From the NCBI GenBank assembly GCA_964016885.1, contig OZ024759.1, positions 7,440,001 through 7,504,000 of the forward strand: a stretch of 64,000 nt of DNA. The letters are read 5' to 3'. This stretch comes from Eledone cirrhosa. Its lineage: Eukaryota. Positions 63,338-64,000 of the stretch are shown piece by piece. A program made the translations under genes and the position numbers. The number at the start of each line of letters is the position of its first letter. The stretch's first letter is position 1. The notes under the pieces were generated by a model that was not told the DNA's origin, did not search any database, and saw only the letters and a program-made list of their open reading frames with translations.

Positions 63338-63728
63338 GAAGGCGCAGGGCTTAGTGGTTAGAGCATTGGCCTTGTAATCGAAAGGTTGTGAGTTCAATTC
63401 TCAGACCGGGTGATGTGTTGTTTCCTTGAGCAAGACACTTTATTTCACATTGCTCCAGTTTACTCAGCTGTAGAAATGAGATGATAGAGACTGGAGTCCA
63501 TATCATTCCAGTGCAAAGTGGTCCTGGAGGTGCCACAGCAAAAAAGCACCCAGCACTCACTGTAAATGAGGTTGGTGTTAGGAAGGGCATCCAGCTGTAG
63601 AAATCAAGCCAGAATCAGTTCCTGTATGAGCAAGACAAGGTCAGCCGACCAGACACTGCCCACAACAGGACAACTCGTCTAACCCATGCTAGCGCGGATG
63701 TACGCACGTAAAACAGTGATGATGATGA
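63338..63728 (+). mobile_element. SINE-B with family-2 tail, inserted in a mariner-like MITE
   Basis: TSD ATACCGT on both sides. The empty site AATATACCGTATTTG is visible in the MITE copy at about 32764. Confidence 0.88.
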
Positions 63729-64000
63729 TACCGTATTTGCTGGCCTATTGGACACCCCTTTCTTTCTTTATTATATTTTACGTTATATTTTGATGTTTGT
63801 AGGCATTTTTATGGACCACACCCAATATTCGCGGTTTTTCACTCTTCACAGGTGCTCTAGGAACCTAACCCCCACAAATATTGGGGAACAATTGTATATA
63901 CATATACACATTTATACACACACACATTTACACACACGCAATCTTTTTTATCAAACCCCACAAGCAATGGTGTCCACTTTATTTCCATCTCTAAGTTTTT

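Overview
This is eukaryotic, repeat-rich DNA. The SINE/LINE repertoire and TA microsatellites suggest an octopod cephalopod, which is an inference. The whole window lies inside one + strand multi-exon gene for the NMD factor SMG7. I reconstructed 18 coding exons by hand (1961..62467). All have canonical GT-AG boundaries and matching phases, giving about 3016 nt (~1005 codons); the first and last exons lie outside the window. The introns contain decayed RTE-clade LINEs of several families, CR1-like 3' ends, a near full-length Penelope-like element with terminal repeats, two tRNA-headed SINE families, hAT, piggyBac-like and Tc1-mariner-like MITEs, a Helitron-type end and many minisatellites. The most notable observations are: (i) minisatellites seeded from the gene's own 5' splice sites, including one intron that is almost entirely ~55 copies of its donor; (ii) minisatellites seeded from TE pieces (SINE A-box head, LINE 3'UTR, a 93-bp in-frame APE-endonuclease segment, a MITE terminus); (iii) at least five hammerhead-ribozyme-like motifs, three of them in the pre-mRNA sense strand; (iv) a candidate stop-containing cassette or terminal exon in an NMD gene; (v) several fold-back structures. 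Most long ORFs in the supplied track are artefacts of repeats.
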